This document shows, one piece after another, positions 29,126-39,293 of a stretch of DNA of 64,000 bases. The notes under the pieces were generated by a model. That model was given only the letters and a program-made list of their open reading frames with translations, did not search any database and had not been told where the DNA came from. Within the stretch, counting starts at the first letter, position 1. Every line of letters starts with the position of its first letter. Made by a program: the position numbers and the translations under genes. The stretch lies in the sequence record OZ196593.1; one strand, 5' to 3'.

Positions 29126-30058
29126 ATGAGTTTAGAAGGGTTTTTTAAACGAAAGACTAAAACATTTGACGGCGAGCCCGAGGGCGTCAACTTAGTTGAC
29201 TTCAGTCAAATTGTCTTGAGTTCAATCATGGCTACATATAAGCCGACTGATTTACTGACGACTGACTTAATTCGTCACATCGTTCTTAACACGCTGCGCA
29301 GCAACGTACTAAAGAACAAAATCAAATATCCGCGCATTATTCTTTGTATAGATAATGGTCATGGCGGTTACTGGCGCAAGAAGAAAGCTTGGTATTACAA
29401 GTTCAAACGTAGTTCGCAGCGTGACGAGTCGGGTTGGGATTTCGATATGATCTTTAATTCGATGGCTATCATCAAAGAAGAGATTCGTCAGAACATGCCT
29501 TACTATGTTCTTGACATCGAAGGCGTTGAAGCCGATGACCATATCGGTGTTTTGACGAAATACTACGTGAACAAAAACGTTCCAGTATTGATTACGTCTT
29601 CAGATGGTGACTTTACGCAGTTGCACACGAGCAAGCTTGTTCGTCAGTGGTCACCGATTCAGAAGAAGTGGGTAAAACCGAAGCATGGTTCGCCAGAAAT
29701 GGACATCATGTACAAGTGCATCAAGGGCGATAAGAAAGATGGCATCGCGCCTATGAAAGTGCCGAACGATCACTATACACACGGTGATGGTCGTCGCGCT
29801 CCACCGATTCGTGCAGAAGAGCTTCGAACGTTGATGACTTCTACTAAAGAAGAGCTGAAAACGTTACTTACCGATGAGCAATGGGTACGTTATGAAGAGA
29901 ACAGAGAAATGCTTGATTTCGAGTTTATCCCGCAAGATATACATGATAGCATCATTACTCAATTCGAAGAACAACGCCCTGCTCCGCGCAGTAAGTTGAT
30001 GATGTATTTTGCATCGAAAAAGCTAGATAAACTCTTGGAAAATATGAGCGAATTCTAG
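29126..30058 (+). CDS. rnh: RNase H / 5'-3' exonuclease
   Basis: LVDFSQI, EADDHIG, SSDGDFTQL, KGDKKDG. Confidence 0.95.
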   Translation: MSLEGFFKRKTKTFDGEPEGVNLVDFSQIVLSSIMATYKPTDLLTTDLIRHIVLNTLRSNVLKNKIKYPRIILCIDNGHGGYWRKKKAWYYKFKRSSQRDESGWDFDMIFNSMAIIKEEIRQNMPYYVLDIEGVEADDHIGVLTKYYVNKNVPVLITSSDGDFTQLHTSKLVRQWSPIQKKWVKPKHGSPEMDIMYKCIKGDKKDGIAPMKVPNDHYTHGDGRRAPPIRAEELRTLMTSTKEELKTLLTDEQWVRYEENREMLDFEFIPQDIHDSIITQFEEQRPAPRSKLMMYFASKKLDKLLENMSEF

Positions 30059-30068
30059 TTCAAAAACT

Positions 30069-30098
30069 TGTTTAACACGCTTCATGCTGCTGTATAAT
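30069..30098 (+). promoter_or_regulatory. TGTTTAAC-N16-TATAAT promoter (dsbA)
   Basis: Recurrent motif. Confidence 0.75.
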
Positions 30099-30144
30099 TA
30101 GCAGCATGAACACAAACACTGACTAAAACATAATTGAGGCATCA

Positions 30145-30417
30145 ATGGAAAACATCGAATACGAAACAATCTCTACTCCGCAAGACAAGCAAGAAGTTAT
30201 CAACATGATCAAAGAAGCTGCTGCGTCACTTTTACGCGCAGACTCTGAAGCTGATCTTCGTAAAGATATTGCAGCACGTGCGAAAGAAGAGTTCCAAATT
30301 CCTGCTGCTGAGTTTAACAAACTGACGCGTTGGTATCATAAACAAAACCGTGCTGAAGAGCAAGCGAAGCACGAGAAAGTTGACACACTATACGAGAAGC
30401 TATTTGACGATGAATAA
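30145..30417 (+). CDS. dsbA: dsDNA-binding protein
   Basis: MIKEAA...KDIAARAKEEF...FNKL..WYHKQ; synteny rnh-dsbA-33. Confidence 0.85.
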   Translation: MENIEYETISTPQDKQEVINMIKEAAASLLRADSEADLRKDIAARAKEEFQIPAAEFNKLTRWYHKQNRAEEQAKHEKVDTLYEKLFDDE

Positions 30418-30703
30418 AGATGACTATGTTCTCAAAGAAGAGCTTGGAAATCTAGTTCCGCCTATCAAAGGCAGCTTGAGACAGCAAATATCTCTTGAAA
30501 TCGAAGAGATCTACAATAGCTGTCCTGCTACAACTTACCTAGAAGCGTGCTTGTTTTTCATTGAGCGATACGATTACGACATTAGTCGATTCCCGTATCT
30601 GATCAATCAGACGCTGAAAGACAAAATTGAGACTGAGGCGATAAATGAAAAGACTATTAGAAGTCGATTTGGTTCTGCCTCGGACTTGGGTAAATGGGTT
30701 TAG
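30410..30703 (+). CDS. gp33: Late transcription co-activator
   Basis: SLEIEEI..TYLEAC...LKDKIETEAINEKTIR; synteny. Confidence 0.85.
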   Translation: MNKDDYVLKEELGNLVPPIKGSLRQQISLEIEEIYNSCPATTYLEACLFFIERYDYDISRFPYLINQTLKDKIETEAINEKTIRSRFGSASDLGKWV

Positions 30704-31295
30704 CATATTTCGAGTCTATTGCGCGGTAAAAGCGCATATGGGTGGGAAGTACGATATTTCCAAGTACAAACTCGGTATGAAAACACCGCAGTCTGCGTTT
30801 GAAAAGCGTTCAGACAAGGTGTTTTTCGAGCGACTAGCCAAGCGGCTAACACTGAATGATTGCTATCAGTTACTGGTGAGTAACTTGGCAGCTAATCCAA
30901 ACGCGATTTCATATGAGATTGCGGGTGCTGACGCGCATGAATTCTGGTTGAAACATACCGGATTTATGGAAATTTACAGTCAGCATTACAAAAATGAGCT
31001 ACTTACGATTTTTACTCTTATAAATAAAGAGCAAAAGAAATTCAAAGACTTGTTTAGAGGTGAGGGGCATCCAGTTATAATGCAACTCGTGTTACGAAAT
31101 ACAATCTCAATCGAGACGTTCGTAATTCTGAATAGACTTTTGAATTTTGTCCCTGTAATCGACAAAGATTACGGTGACGACATTTTTTGGCACGAGTTTA
31201 AGACGAGAGCTTTAGCATACGATAAGTTGCTGAAAATCGACGAAAAACTTGCAAAAGAAATGTTTATTCAAGTAAAAAATCAAAGTAAAATATAA
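30645..31295 (+). CDS. gp59: Helicase loader
   Basis: VKAHMGGKYDISKY, ISIETFVILN; synteny 33-59-32. Confidence 0.9.
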   Translation: MKRLLEVDLVLPRTWVNGFSIFRVYCAVKAHMGGKYDISKYKLGMKTPQSAFEKRSDKVFFERLAKRLTLNDCYQLLVSNLAANPNAISYEIAGADAHEFWLKHTGFMEIYSQHYKNELLTIFTLINKEQKKFKDLFRGEGHPVIMQLVLRNTISIETFVILNRLLNFVPVIDKDYGDDIFWHEFKTRALAYDKLLKIDEKLAKEMFIQVKNQSKI

Positions 31296-31348
31296 AACAC
31301 ACTATACGATACTATATCAAACAATAAAATACAATAAGGTAATACAAC

Positions 31349-32257
31349 ATGACTATGTTTAAGCGCAAATCACCAGCAAAACTTCAAGAAAAACTTGAGC
31401 AAATGAGCACCAAAAAGTCTTACGACAACGCTGACGAGTGGAAACTTTCTACTGATAAGCTTGGTAACGGCTCTGCTGTGATTCGCTTCCTTCCTGCTAA
31501 AGGCGAAGACGACCTACCATTCGTAAAAATCTTCACTCACGGTTTCAAAGAAAACGGCAACTGGTTCATCGAAGCTTGTCCAAGCACTATCGATCTTCCA
31601 TGTCCATGCTGTGCAGCTAACGGCGAGCTTTGGAAAACTGAGAACGAAGACAATCAAAACATTGCACGTAAGCGCAAGCGTACTCTTTCTTACTGGGCAA
31701 ACGTATACATCATCAAAGATGAAGCGAACCCAGAAAACGAAGGCAAGACATTCAAATACCGCTTCGGTAAGAAAATTCTTGACAAGATCACTCAAGCAGC
31801 TCAAGCAGACGACGACCTAGGTGTACCTGGTATGGACGTAACTTGTGTGTTTGACGGTGCTAACTTCTCTCTAAAAGCGAAGAAAGTATCTGGTTTCCCT
31901 AACTACGACGACTCTAAATTTGGTCCAAGCACTGAGCTTTGCGGCGGTGACGAAACTAAACTTGGCGAAATCTGGGAAGCGATGCACGATCTAAACGCTA
32001 TCATCGCTCCATCAGCGTTCAAATCTGAAGCTGATTTGCAAAAACGCTTCTTACAAGTGACTGGTGCTCAGACTCCAAAAGCGTCTGCTGCTCAAAATCT
32101 TGAAGCGCAAATCAACACTTCAGCGCCTGCTCAAGCTAACGCTCAAAAGCCGGCAACTCAATCTGCTCCAGCGAAAGTTGAAGTTGACGAGCCGCTGAAA
32201 GACTCAAGCGACGACGAACTAGACGCATTACTTGCGGATCTAGAACTAGACGGCTAG
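31349..32257 (+). CDS. gp32: Single-stranded DNA-binding protein
   Basis: MFKRKSP, GNGSAVIRFLP, HGFK..WFIEACP...CPCC, acidic tail. Confidence 0.97.
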   Translation: MTMFKRKSPAKLQEKLEQMSTKKSYDNADEWKLSTDKLGNGSAVIRFLPAKGEDDLPFVKIFTHGFKENGNWFIEACPSTIDLPCPCCAANGELWKTENEDNQNIARKRKRTLSYWANVYIIKDEANPENEGKTFKYRFGKKILDKITQAAQADDDLGVPGMDVTCVFDGANFSLKAKKVSGFPNYDDSKFGPSTELCGGDETKLGEIWEAMHDLNAIIAPSAFKSEADLQKRFLQVTGAQTPKASAAQNLEAQINTSAPAQANAQKPATQSAPAKVEVDEPLKDSSDDELDALLADLELDG

Positions 32258-32267
32258 AACGAATGAG

Positions 32268-32285
32268 AGGGGCTTTCGAGCCCCT
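32268..32285 (+). terminator. UUCG hairpin after gp32
   Basis: AGGGGCT-TTCG-AGCCCCT; weak U tract. Confidence 0.55.
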
Positions 32286-32304
32286 TGGTTCTCTAGGAGA
32301 GTCT

Positions 32305-32844
32305 ATGAAAGTTCAAATCGTTTTTGCTCACGCTATGAGTAAATCGCAACACGCTCCATTCGGCAACAAAAACTCACTCCCATGGAAACACAACAAAGAA
32401 GATCTATCTTTCTTCAAACGAATCACCGCTAATAGCGTTCTTGTAATGGGTTCTAACACGTTTGAATCTTTACCCGGTAAACTAGTCGGACGTCCGCATA
32501 TAGTGCGCTCACGCTCTAATACAGCTACAGCACGCAATGGTGAACGCGCAGACTTTTATACTTCAATGCATTTTACAGATCTTATCGAAGATTTGACGAA
32601 TGAATACGGTGAAGACTACGACACAATAAGCGTAATTGGTGGGCCAGAGGTTATATTTTCAGCACTGCGATATGCAGACTGCATATATAAAACTACGATA
32701 GCTGAAAAAATCGAAGCGTACGACGTTACGATTGATTTGACTAAAGTATTTTGCTCTTTTCCACAATCGGAAAAACTAGAAATAACAGAGTGCGAAAACG
32801 GCTCGGTTATTTTCATTGAGAAGTTAACAAAAGGTGATATATGA
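32305..32844 (+). CDS. frd: Dihydrofolate reductase
   Basis: LPWKHNKEDLSFFK, VMGSNTFESLP, VIGGPEV. Confidence 0.9.
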   Translation: MKVQIVFAHAMSKSQHAPFGNKNSLPWKHNKEDLSFFKRITANSVLVMGSNTFESLPGKLVGRPHIVRSRSNTATARNGERADFYTSMHFTDLIEDLTNEYGEDYDTISVIGGPEVIFSALRYADCIYKTTIAEKIEAYDVTIDLTKVFCSFPQSEKLEITECENGSVIFIEKLTKGDI

Positions 32845-33578
32845 TTTTTAAAAGTAATGTTGGTTGGTTTGCAGGCGCGGGTTCTGTTCGTCACGATTTT
32901 TACATCAACGGGCCAATCGAAGAGCCAAATGATTACGAAGAAATGCTTCAGATTCTGCATACAGCTTCTGAAACAGACGCAATCTATTTGCACTTGAACA
33001 CACCCGGTGGTAACTTCGCGGCAGCATGTCAAATCTGTGATGCGATTATGCAATCAAAAGCAGGTGCAGTAATTGCATGTGCTGAAGGGGATGTTTGCAG
33101 TGCAGGCACAATGATTTTCCTAGCTTGTAATGGCTGGCACGTGAGTCCGTTTAGTACGTTCATGTTCCATACTTCAAGCGGCGGTCAAATCGGTAAAATG
33201 CCTGACACGTTGAAGCAAGCGAAAGCGCACGAAGAACACTTGAATCGCGTAGCAGGTTTGCTATACGACCCGTTCTTCAGCGAAGACGAAATCGATCAAA
33301 TCATCAACTACAACCAAGACGTTTGGTTGACGCCTGAAGAAGTAACTGAGCGTCTAACTGAAATGTCGAAGCGTTTCGAAGCTGAACTAAAAGAAGCTGA
33401 AGAACAAATTGCAGGTGATTTGGAATCTCAACTTGAAGAACAGATCGCAGAACGAGTAGAAGCGGGCGTGAAAGCTGCGCTAGAAGCTCTGAAGCCAGTC
33501 GAAGTTCAAGAAGCTGTTGAAGCTATTGAGCCAGAAGAAGTTCCGTACGAACCTCGCGAAGTGGCAGAAGACGAGTAA
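32841..33578 (+). CDS. ClpP-family serine protease-like protein
   Basis: LHLNTPGG, VCSAGTMIFL (Ser), FMFH (His); acidic C-terminal tail. Confidence 0.8.
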   Translation: MIFKSNVGWFAGAGSVRHDFYINGPIEEPNDYEEMLQILHTASETDAIYLHLNTPGGNFAAACQICDAIMQSKAGAVIACAEGDVCSAGTMIFLACNGWHVSPFSTFMFHTSSGGQIGKMPDTLKQAKAHEEHLNRVAGLLYDPFFSEDEIDQIINYNQDVWLTPEEVTERLTEMSKRFEAELKEAEEQIAGDLESQLEEQIAERVEAGVKAALEALKPVEVQEAVEAIEPEEVPYEPREVAEDE

Positions 33579-33637
33579 TCAAATTGAGAATAAGGGGTGG
33601 CTTTTGTCGCTCCTTTTGTTTTTAGAAAAGGTAAAAT

Positions 33638-34738
33638 ATGTCAGATTTAATGAAATCGATGAAGAAATCAAGCACTTCTGGTTACGCTCACGTACTGTCT
33701 GAGAGTAACTTCATGTTTGAAAAAGATCACACTCGAACGTACGTTCCTGCGATTAACATCGCGTTTAGTGGCGAAGTAGATGGTGGCTTAACGTCGGGGC
33801 TTACAGTTCTTGCGGGTCCGTCAAAGCACTTCAAATCGAATCTAGGTCTAGTTGGCGTTGCCGCATACTTGAAGAAGTACCCCGACGCAATTTGTGTGTT
33901 CATCGACACTGAATTCGGTATCACACCTGCTTACTTGAAATCTCAAGGCGTTGACCCTGAGCGTGTGCTACACATTCAATGTGAGTCAGTTGAGCGAATG
34001 AAGTTCGAAATGGCGAATCAGCTTAAAGATCTTGCTGAACGTAAACGTGCGATGAAAAAAGGCGATGAGCCAGACCGTGTTGTGTTCTTCATTGACTCGG
34101 TTGGTAACGTAGCATCAGCGAAAGAAATCGAAGACGCGCAGAACGAATCTAGCAAAGCAGATATGACGCGTGCAAAACAACTTAAATCACTGTTCCGTAT
34201 TGTAACACCGTACTTCACGATGCTTGACATTCCGTGTATTGCGATTAACCATACGTATCAGACTCAAGAAATGTACGCTAAAACTGTCATGAGTGGCGGT
34301 ACGGGTATCATGTACTCTGCTGATACAGTAATCATCTTGGGTAAACAGCAAGAAAAAGACGGCAAAGAAATTGTCGGCTATCACTTCATCATGAATATCG
34401 AGAAGTCTCGATTCGTTAAAGAAAAGATGAAAATTCCGTTGACAGTAACGTACGAAGATGGCATCGACCCGTTCAGTGGTCTACTAGATATCGCGTTGCA
34501 GACTGGACACGTTGTCAAACCGTCAAACGGTTGGTATCAGCGTTCATTTGTCGATTTGGAAACAGGCGAGCAAACGGTAGAAGAAAAGAAATATCGTGCT
34601 AAAGAGACGCAAGCAGCGTCATTCTGGAAGCCTATCATCAATGACGAGTCATTCAAAGATGGCGTTAAGCGTCTTTACTGTCTTGGTCAAATGAACGAAG
34701 ACGATATCATGGAAGAAGTGGAAAGCTTGTTCGAATAA
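33638..34738 (+). CDS. uvsX: RecA-like recombinase
   Basis: AGPSKHFKS, FFIDSVGN, MSGGTGIMYSAD, NIEKSRFVKEK. Confidence 0.97.
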   Translation: MSDLMKSMKKSSTSGYAHVLSESNFMFEKDHTRTYVPAINIAFSGEVDGGLTSGLTVLAGPSKHFKSNLGLVGVAAYLKKYPDAICVFIDTEFGITPAYLKSQGVDPERVLHIQCESVERMKFEMANQLKDLAERKRAMKKGDEPDRVVFFIDSVGNVASAKEIEDAQNESSKADMTRAKQLKSLFRIVTPYFTMLDIPCIAINHTYQTQEMYAKTVMSGGTGIMYSADTVIILGKQQEKDGKEIVGYHFIMNIEKSRFVKEKMKIPLTVTYEDGIDPFSGLLDIALQTGHVVKPSNGWYQRSFVDLETGEQTVEEKKYRAKETQAASFWKPIINDESFKDGVKRLYCLGQMNEDDIMEEVESLFE

Positions 34739-34743
34739 TCAAG

Positions 34744-34767
34744 AAGCCGCTTTTAGCGGCTTTTTTT
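34744..34767 (+). terminator. Terminator after uvsX
   Basis: AAGCCGC-TTTTA-GCGGCTTTTTTT. Confidence 0.85.
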
Positions 34768-34780
34768 ATAGGTAAAATAT

Positions 34781-35080
34781 ATGACTCCGAATGAAGTAAG
34801 CGAAATTCTGACTGGAATTAACGAACACGTTAAATTTAGTATCTTAATTGATGATGTTGAAGTTTATGTGACAGGGATTATCGTTGATAATAGCGGTAGA
34901 CTTAAAGTTGAGTTTGTTACTCAACACCCCGAGCGTGAAGACGAAGTTCGTCCACACGTAGAGGCATGTATTATGAAACTTATTAGTGAAGAACAGAAAA
35001 AAAGTGAGGCGACGCAATGCAAATCGAACAGTCGATTTTCTCGAATCTTATCGAAAATCAAGAATATTATGCAACGGTAA
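34781..35080 (+). CDS. gp40: Head vertex assembly chaperone
   Basis: Between uvsX and 41; VYVTG...LKVEF...PHVEACI. Confidence 0.7.
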   Translation: MTPNEVSEILTGINEHVKFSILIDDVEVYVTGIIVDNSGRLKVEFVTQHPEREDEVRPHVEACIMKLISEEQKKSEATQCKSNSRFSRILSKIKNIMQR

Positions 35081-36420
35081 TACCGCATCTTAAAAAAGAG
35101 TATTTCCCGTCAGTAGCATATCAGCATGTATTCTCGATGATTAAGAATCACGGTGACGAGTATAAGCGACGTGCAACGCTCGAAGTATTAAAGGTTGGTC
35201 TAGAATCACTAAACGGTATCAGTGAATACGATTACGCTGAGATTCAGCAAATTATCTCGAATCTTGAACCACATCCGACGCACGACTTGCGCTGGTTAGT
35301 AGACGAAACAGAAAAATACTGCATTGAGCAAAGCACGTTCAATGCATTAAGTGAAGCACTTGCAATTCAAGAAAACGCAGCAAAACCATTTGATCAGCAA
35401 AACAAGAAAATGAAAACAATCGGGGCGATTCCCGATATGATGCGCGAAGCATTATCAGTCTGTTTTGATACATCAGTGGGTCATGATTACTTTGCTGATT
35501 GGGAACCGCGCTACAAATCATACATTGAGAAAGCAGCAAAGCTCCCGTTCAAGCTAAACATCTTGAACAAAATTACACAAGGTGGCATCGAGCGAAGCAC
35601 GTTGAATCTTCTTCTAGCGGGTTCTAACGTCGGTAAATCACTTGCACTATGTCACTTAGCAACTGAATACTTACTACAAGGCTACAACGTTCTGTACATC
35701 AGTATGGAAATGAGTGAAGCGGCAGTGTCTAAACGTATCGATGCGAACTTGATGGACGTCAGTATGGACGACTTCGACACGATTACCGAAAAGACATACG
35801 GCAATAAGATTCAGAATCTTGAGAAGAAAACTCAAGGCAAGTTATTCATTAAACAGTTCCCGACTGCGGGTGCGAACGTTACTCACTTCAACACATTGAT
35901 GAATGAGCTTCGTACGAAGAAAGACGTTGTTCCCGACATTGTTATTATCGATTATCTTGGTATCTGTGCGTCGTCACGTGTAGCAAGCTCAGAAAACACA
36001 TACGTTCACGTTAAAGCAATCGCTGAAGAGATTCGTGGTTTTGCTGTTGAGCACAACGTCGGTGTATGGTCTGCTGCTCAGACAACGCGTTCAGCATGGG
36101 ATGCGTCTGATATGGGAATGGGAGACATTGCAGAATCTGCGGGTCTAGCTCACACGGCTGACTTGATTCTCGGTGTCATGGAAACTGAAGAAACGGTTGC
36201 ACTCGGACAGCAACGTGTCAAACAAATCAAGTCACGTTATGCAGATCGGAATCAAGATCAAACGTTCATGATTGCAGTTAACAAAGGCAAACAAAGATGG
36301 GGTGATGTAGATGGAACAGCAAATTACGCTGCGCCTGCGTCGATACAAGCGAAATCGGCGTCTCCTTTTAACCAGAAAAAAGAGCAAACGTCTGAGAAGA
36401 CAGAGGCGGTAAATTGGTAG
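35017..36420 (+). CDS. gp41: Replicative DNA helicase
   Basis: AGSNVGKS, ISMEMSE, IIDYLGIC, WSAAQTTR, IKSRY. Confidence 0.97.
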   Translation: MQIEQSIFSNLIENQEYYATVIPHLKKEYFPSVAYQHVFSMIKNHGDEYKRRATLEVLKVGLESLNGISEYDYAEIQQIISNLEPHPTHDLRWLVDETEKYCIEQSTFNALSEALAIQENAAKPFDQQNKKMKTIGAIPDMMREALSVCFDTSVGHDYFADWEPRYKSYIEKAAKLPFKLNILNKITQGGIERSTLNLLLAGSNVGKSLALCHLATEYLLQGYNVLYISMEMSEAAVSKRIDANLMDVSMDDFDTITEKTYGNKIQNLEKKTQGKLFIKQFPTAGANVTHFNTLMNELRTKKDVVPDIVIIDYLGICASSRVASSENTYVHVKAIAEEIRGFAVEHNVGVWSAAQTTRSAWDASDMGMGDIAESAGLAHTADLILGVMETEETVALGQQRVKQIKSRYADRNQDQTFMIAVNKGKQRWGDVDGTANYAAPASIQAKSASPFNQKKEQTSEKTEAVNW

Positions 36421-36659
36421 AGATTATAGGCTCTAAGTATTGTCTAGCGTGCGTGAAGATTTGCGAACGTCTAGACAAACGTGGCGTCGAGTATACATTT
36501 CTCGACGCGTTCAAACCCACCGAGCGATATCGCGTCTTGCAGAAGATTGGTGAAGATGATGGCTACATTCACCATCCGATTGGGTTTATTAATGGTGAGT
36601 GTATTGGTAGCGGTATGAGTATTCTTAATCATATCGACAAGTTTTTAGAAGAGGAATAG
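36414..36659 (+). CDS. Glutaredoxin-like protein
   Basis: YCLAC CxxC, PIGFINGECIG; next to nrdD. Confidence 0.8.
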   Translation: MVEIIGSKYCLACVKICERLDKRGVEYTFLDAFKPTERYRVLQKIGEDDGYIHHPIGFINGECIGSGMSILNHIDKFLEEE

Positions 36660-38492
36660 ATGAAAGACGAAATTTTAGATATTGTTAGTGGTTCTGGTAA
36701 CAACAAAGAAAACGCAAACAAAGATTCAAAAGTAATCCCGACAATGCGTGACTTGGTAGCAGGTACAGTATCGAAACAATATGCACTTGAAGACATATTG
36801 CCGAAAGAGATTGCCGACGCTCATATCAGCGGTGACATTCACTTTCACGATTTAGATTACAGTCCGCTGTTCCCGCAATTCAACTGCATGATCATCGATA
36901 TCAAAGGCATGTTTGAACATGGTTTTAAAATGGGTAACGCTGAAATCACAGAGCCGAATAGCATTTCGACTGCTGCGACTATCGTAACTCAGATTATTCA
37001 ACAAGTGTCTAGTCACATCTATGGCGGTAACACGATTAACCGCATTGATGAAGTGCTTGCACCGTATGTTCGCAAATCGTACTACAAATGGCTTGAAATC
37101 GGTCGCGAAGAACATCCCGACTCTGATTCGAAAGCTGCTATCTTCGCCCGTAAGCGCGTAGAGAAAGAAACGTACGACGCGTTCCAGACGTTTGAGTATC
37201 AAGTTAACACTATGCAGACATCGAATGGTCAAACGCCATTCACGACTATCAACTTCGGTCTTGGTACATCTTGGGAAGAGAAGCTAATTCAAAAAAGCAT
37301 TCTTCAGAATCGTATTGATGGTCTAGGTAAGACGCGCAAGACTGCGATTTTCCCTAAGCTTGTGTTCACGCTGCGCGATGGTGTCAATCTGAAACAAGGT
37401 GACCCGTGTTACGGCATCAAGAAGCTTGCTCTTGAATGTGCGAGTAAACGCATGTATCCCGACGTTCTGAACTACGACCGATTAGTCGAAACGACTGGTG
37501 GCTTTAAAGCACCAATGGGTTGTCGCTCGTTCTTAGGCGAATACGAAGAAAACGGTGAAGTGATTCACGATGGTCGAAACAATCTTGGCGTTGTGTCAGT
37601 GAACGTTCCGCGTATCGCGATTGAAGCAAGTGGCGACTTGGAAAGATTCTTTGAAATCTTACATGACCGCTGCACGATTGCGTTTGATGCTCTAATGCTG
37701 CGTATAAAGCGTTTTGACGACGTTAAAGCGTCAGTTGCACCGATTCTATACACAGAAGGCGCAATGGGCGTACGATTGAATCCAGACGACAATGTAAGCG
37801 AAGTGTTCAAGAACGGTCGAGCAAGTATCTCACTTGGTTACATCGGGTTGCACGAAGCTGTTACGCTATTGTCTCATGACAAAGAATCACATACGTTCAA
37901 TTCGCATCACAAACAGTTCTTAGCTGAGAAGATCGTCGAGACGTTGCGCCAGTACACTGATATGTGGAAAGAAGCAACTGGTTACGGTTTCAGCTTGTAT
38001 AGCACACCGAGCGAATCGCTTTGTGATCGTTTCTGTCGTCTCGATCAAGAGAAATACGGTGTTATTCAAGGCATCAATGACAAAGACTACTACACGAACT
38101 CGTTCCACTTAGATGTGTTCAAGAAAGTGAATCCGTTTGAGAAGATTGACTTTGAATCGCGATACCCTCAACACGCAAGTGGCGGTTTCATCGTTTACGC
38201 TGAGTTCCCGAACATGCGTGACAACTTGAAAGGTCTTGAGCGCGTATGGGATTACTCGTACACTCGCGTGCCGTACTTCGGTACTAACACGCCAATCGAT
38301 CAGTGTACGTGTGGTTGGTCTGGTGAAGCACATGCAGATTCGGATGGGTTCAGTTGTCCTACGTGTGGCGAACGCGACCCTGAGAAACTTCACGTGACTC
38401 GTCGAGTCTGTGGCTATCTCGGTAACCCGGGTGCTCGTGGTTGGAATCACGGCAAGACAGTTGAAATGAAAAATCGAGTTAAACACCAATAA
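36660..38492 (+). CDS. nrdD: Anaerobic (class III) ribonucleotide reductase
   Basis: HFHDLDY, MGCRSFL, TPSESLC, RVCGYLG glycyl-radical motif. Confidence 0.97.
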   Translation: MKDEILDIVSGSGNNKENANKDSKVIPTMRDLVAGTVSKQYALEDILPKEIADAHISGDIHFHDLDYSPLFPQFNCMIIDIKGMFEHGFKMGNAEITEPNSISTAATIVTQIIQQVSSHIYGGNTINRIDEVLAPYVRKSYYKWLEIGREEHPDSDSKAAIFARKRVEKETYDAFQTFEYQVNTMQTSNGQTPFTTINFGLGTSWEEKLIQKSILQNRIDGLGKTRKTAIFPKLVFTLRDGVNLKQGDPCYGIKKLALECASKRMYPDVLNYDRLVETTGGFKAPMGCRSFLGEYEENGEVIHDGRNNLGVVSVNVPRIAIEASGDLERFFEILHDRCTIAFDALMLRIKRFDDVKASVAPILYTEGAMGVRLNPDDNVSEVFKNGRASISLGYIGLHEAVTLLSHDKESHTFNSHHKQFLAEKIVETLRQYTDMWKEATGYGFSLYSTPSESLCDRFCRLDQEKYGVIQGINDKDYYTNSFHLDVFKKVNPFEKIDFESRYPQHASGGFIVYAEFPNMRDNLKGLERVWDYSYTRVPYFGTNTPIDQCTCGWSGEAHADSDGFSCPTCGERDPEKLHVTRRVCGYLGNPGARGWNHGKTVEMKNRVKHQ

Positions 38493-38493
38493 G

Positions 38494-38518
38494 AAAAGCG
38501 CCTTCGGGCGCTTTTTTC
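38494..38518 (+). terminator. Terminator after nrdD
   Basis: AAAAGCGCC-TTCG-GGCGCTTTTTT. Confidence 0.9.
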
Positions 38519-38537
38519 GTTTTTATTGAAAAAGTGG

Positions 38538-38566
38538 TTGCACTGAAAATCAAATGAGCCTAATAT
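38538..38566 (+). promoter_or_regulatory. Early promoter TTGCAC-N17-TAATAT
   Basis: A-rich upstream; shares AAAGTGGTTGCA...GCCTAATAT with 62961 promoter. Confidence 0.8.
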
Positions 38567-38611
38567 TACTTCATCGCAACGACGCGACCACTTACAAAGA
38601 GAGATTACATT

Positions 38612-39019
38612 ATGCTATACATTAACTTGACTACTTGCTCTGTACTAACTTCTGAAGAAGCTCACAACGACCGTATGCAAGGTCACGATGTTCAATCTCG
38701 TTGGGATTGGTCAACACTTGCGCAAGTAACTGACGTTTGTAACATGCTTGATCAAGAGAAGTACATGGTTGTTGAAACAAACGCACTGCCGAAGTACGAT
38801 ATCATTGAGAAGCCGCGAGTTGGTGACGATGTTAGCTACTCATTCAACGGTGATTCTCGCCCTGACGGTCAAATCAAAAGCATTTCAAAAACAATGAAGA
38901 TGATTACTACTACGACTGGTAACAAATACTATCGTCGCGGTCAGTCTGCAACGTGGAAACGTAGCGGTACGTGGACTCTAGTTGGCGGTCATCACAACAA
39001 AACAAACATGGAGTTTTAA
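38612..39019 (+). CDS. Early hypothetical protein
   Basis: 135 aa ORF after early promoter and GAGAG leader. Confidence 0.7.
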   Translation: MLYINLTTCSVLTSEEAHNDRMQGHDVQSRWDWSTLAQVTDVCNMLDQEKYMVVETNALPKYDIIEKPRVGDDVSYSFNGDSRPDGQIKSISKTMKMITTTTGNKYYRRGQSATWKRSGTWTLVGGHHNKTNMEF

Positions 39020-39020
39020 T

Positions 39021-39293
39021 ATGGTTCGTGTATTTCTTCCTGTGGCGGTAGTGTTACTATCGTCGCTGTTCTATCTCGCTCTTGATGGCGAATCTAGAAA
39101 ACATTCTGAAGCGTTTGAATTTGACGCGATGCAAATCGAACACCCAACGAAAGCATATGTGTACGATAAAGTATGCATGGACGGAATCGAATATTACAGA
39201 ATGGGGCGCGGTGCTGCGCCTGTTGTAGACAAAGAAACACTAACATTTAAACGATGCTCGGAGACTAATGATGTACTTTCCCAAACGAATTAA
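39021..39293 (+). CDS. Small secreted or membrane-anchored protein
   Basis: Hydrophobic N-terminus MVRVFLPVAVVLLSSLFYLAL. Confidence 0.6.
   Translation: MVRVFLPVAVVLLSSLFYLALDGESRKHSEAFEFDAMQIEHPTKAYVYDKVCMDGIEYYRMGRGAAPVVDKETLTFKRCSETNDVLSQTN

Noticed and set aside
30645-30703. 59-nt overlap of gp33 and gp59 as a possible frameshift
   Set aside because: Both ORFs align end to end with their T4 counterparts, so a simple overlap suffices.
36660-38492. Intron or intein in nrdD
   Set aside because: Continuous 610-aa ORF of normal size; no intein C-terminal HN-C/S motif noticed.
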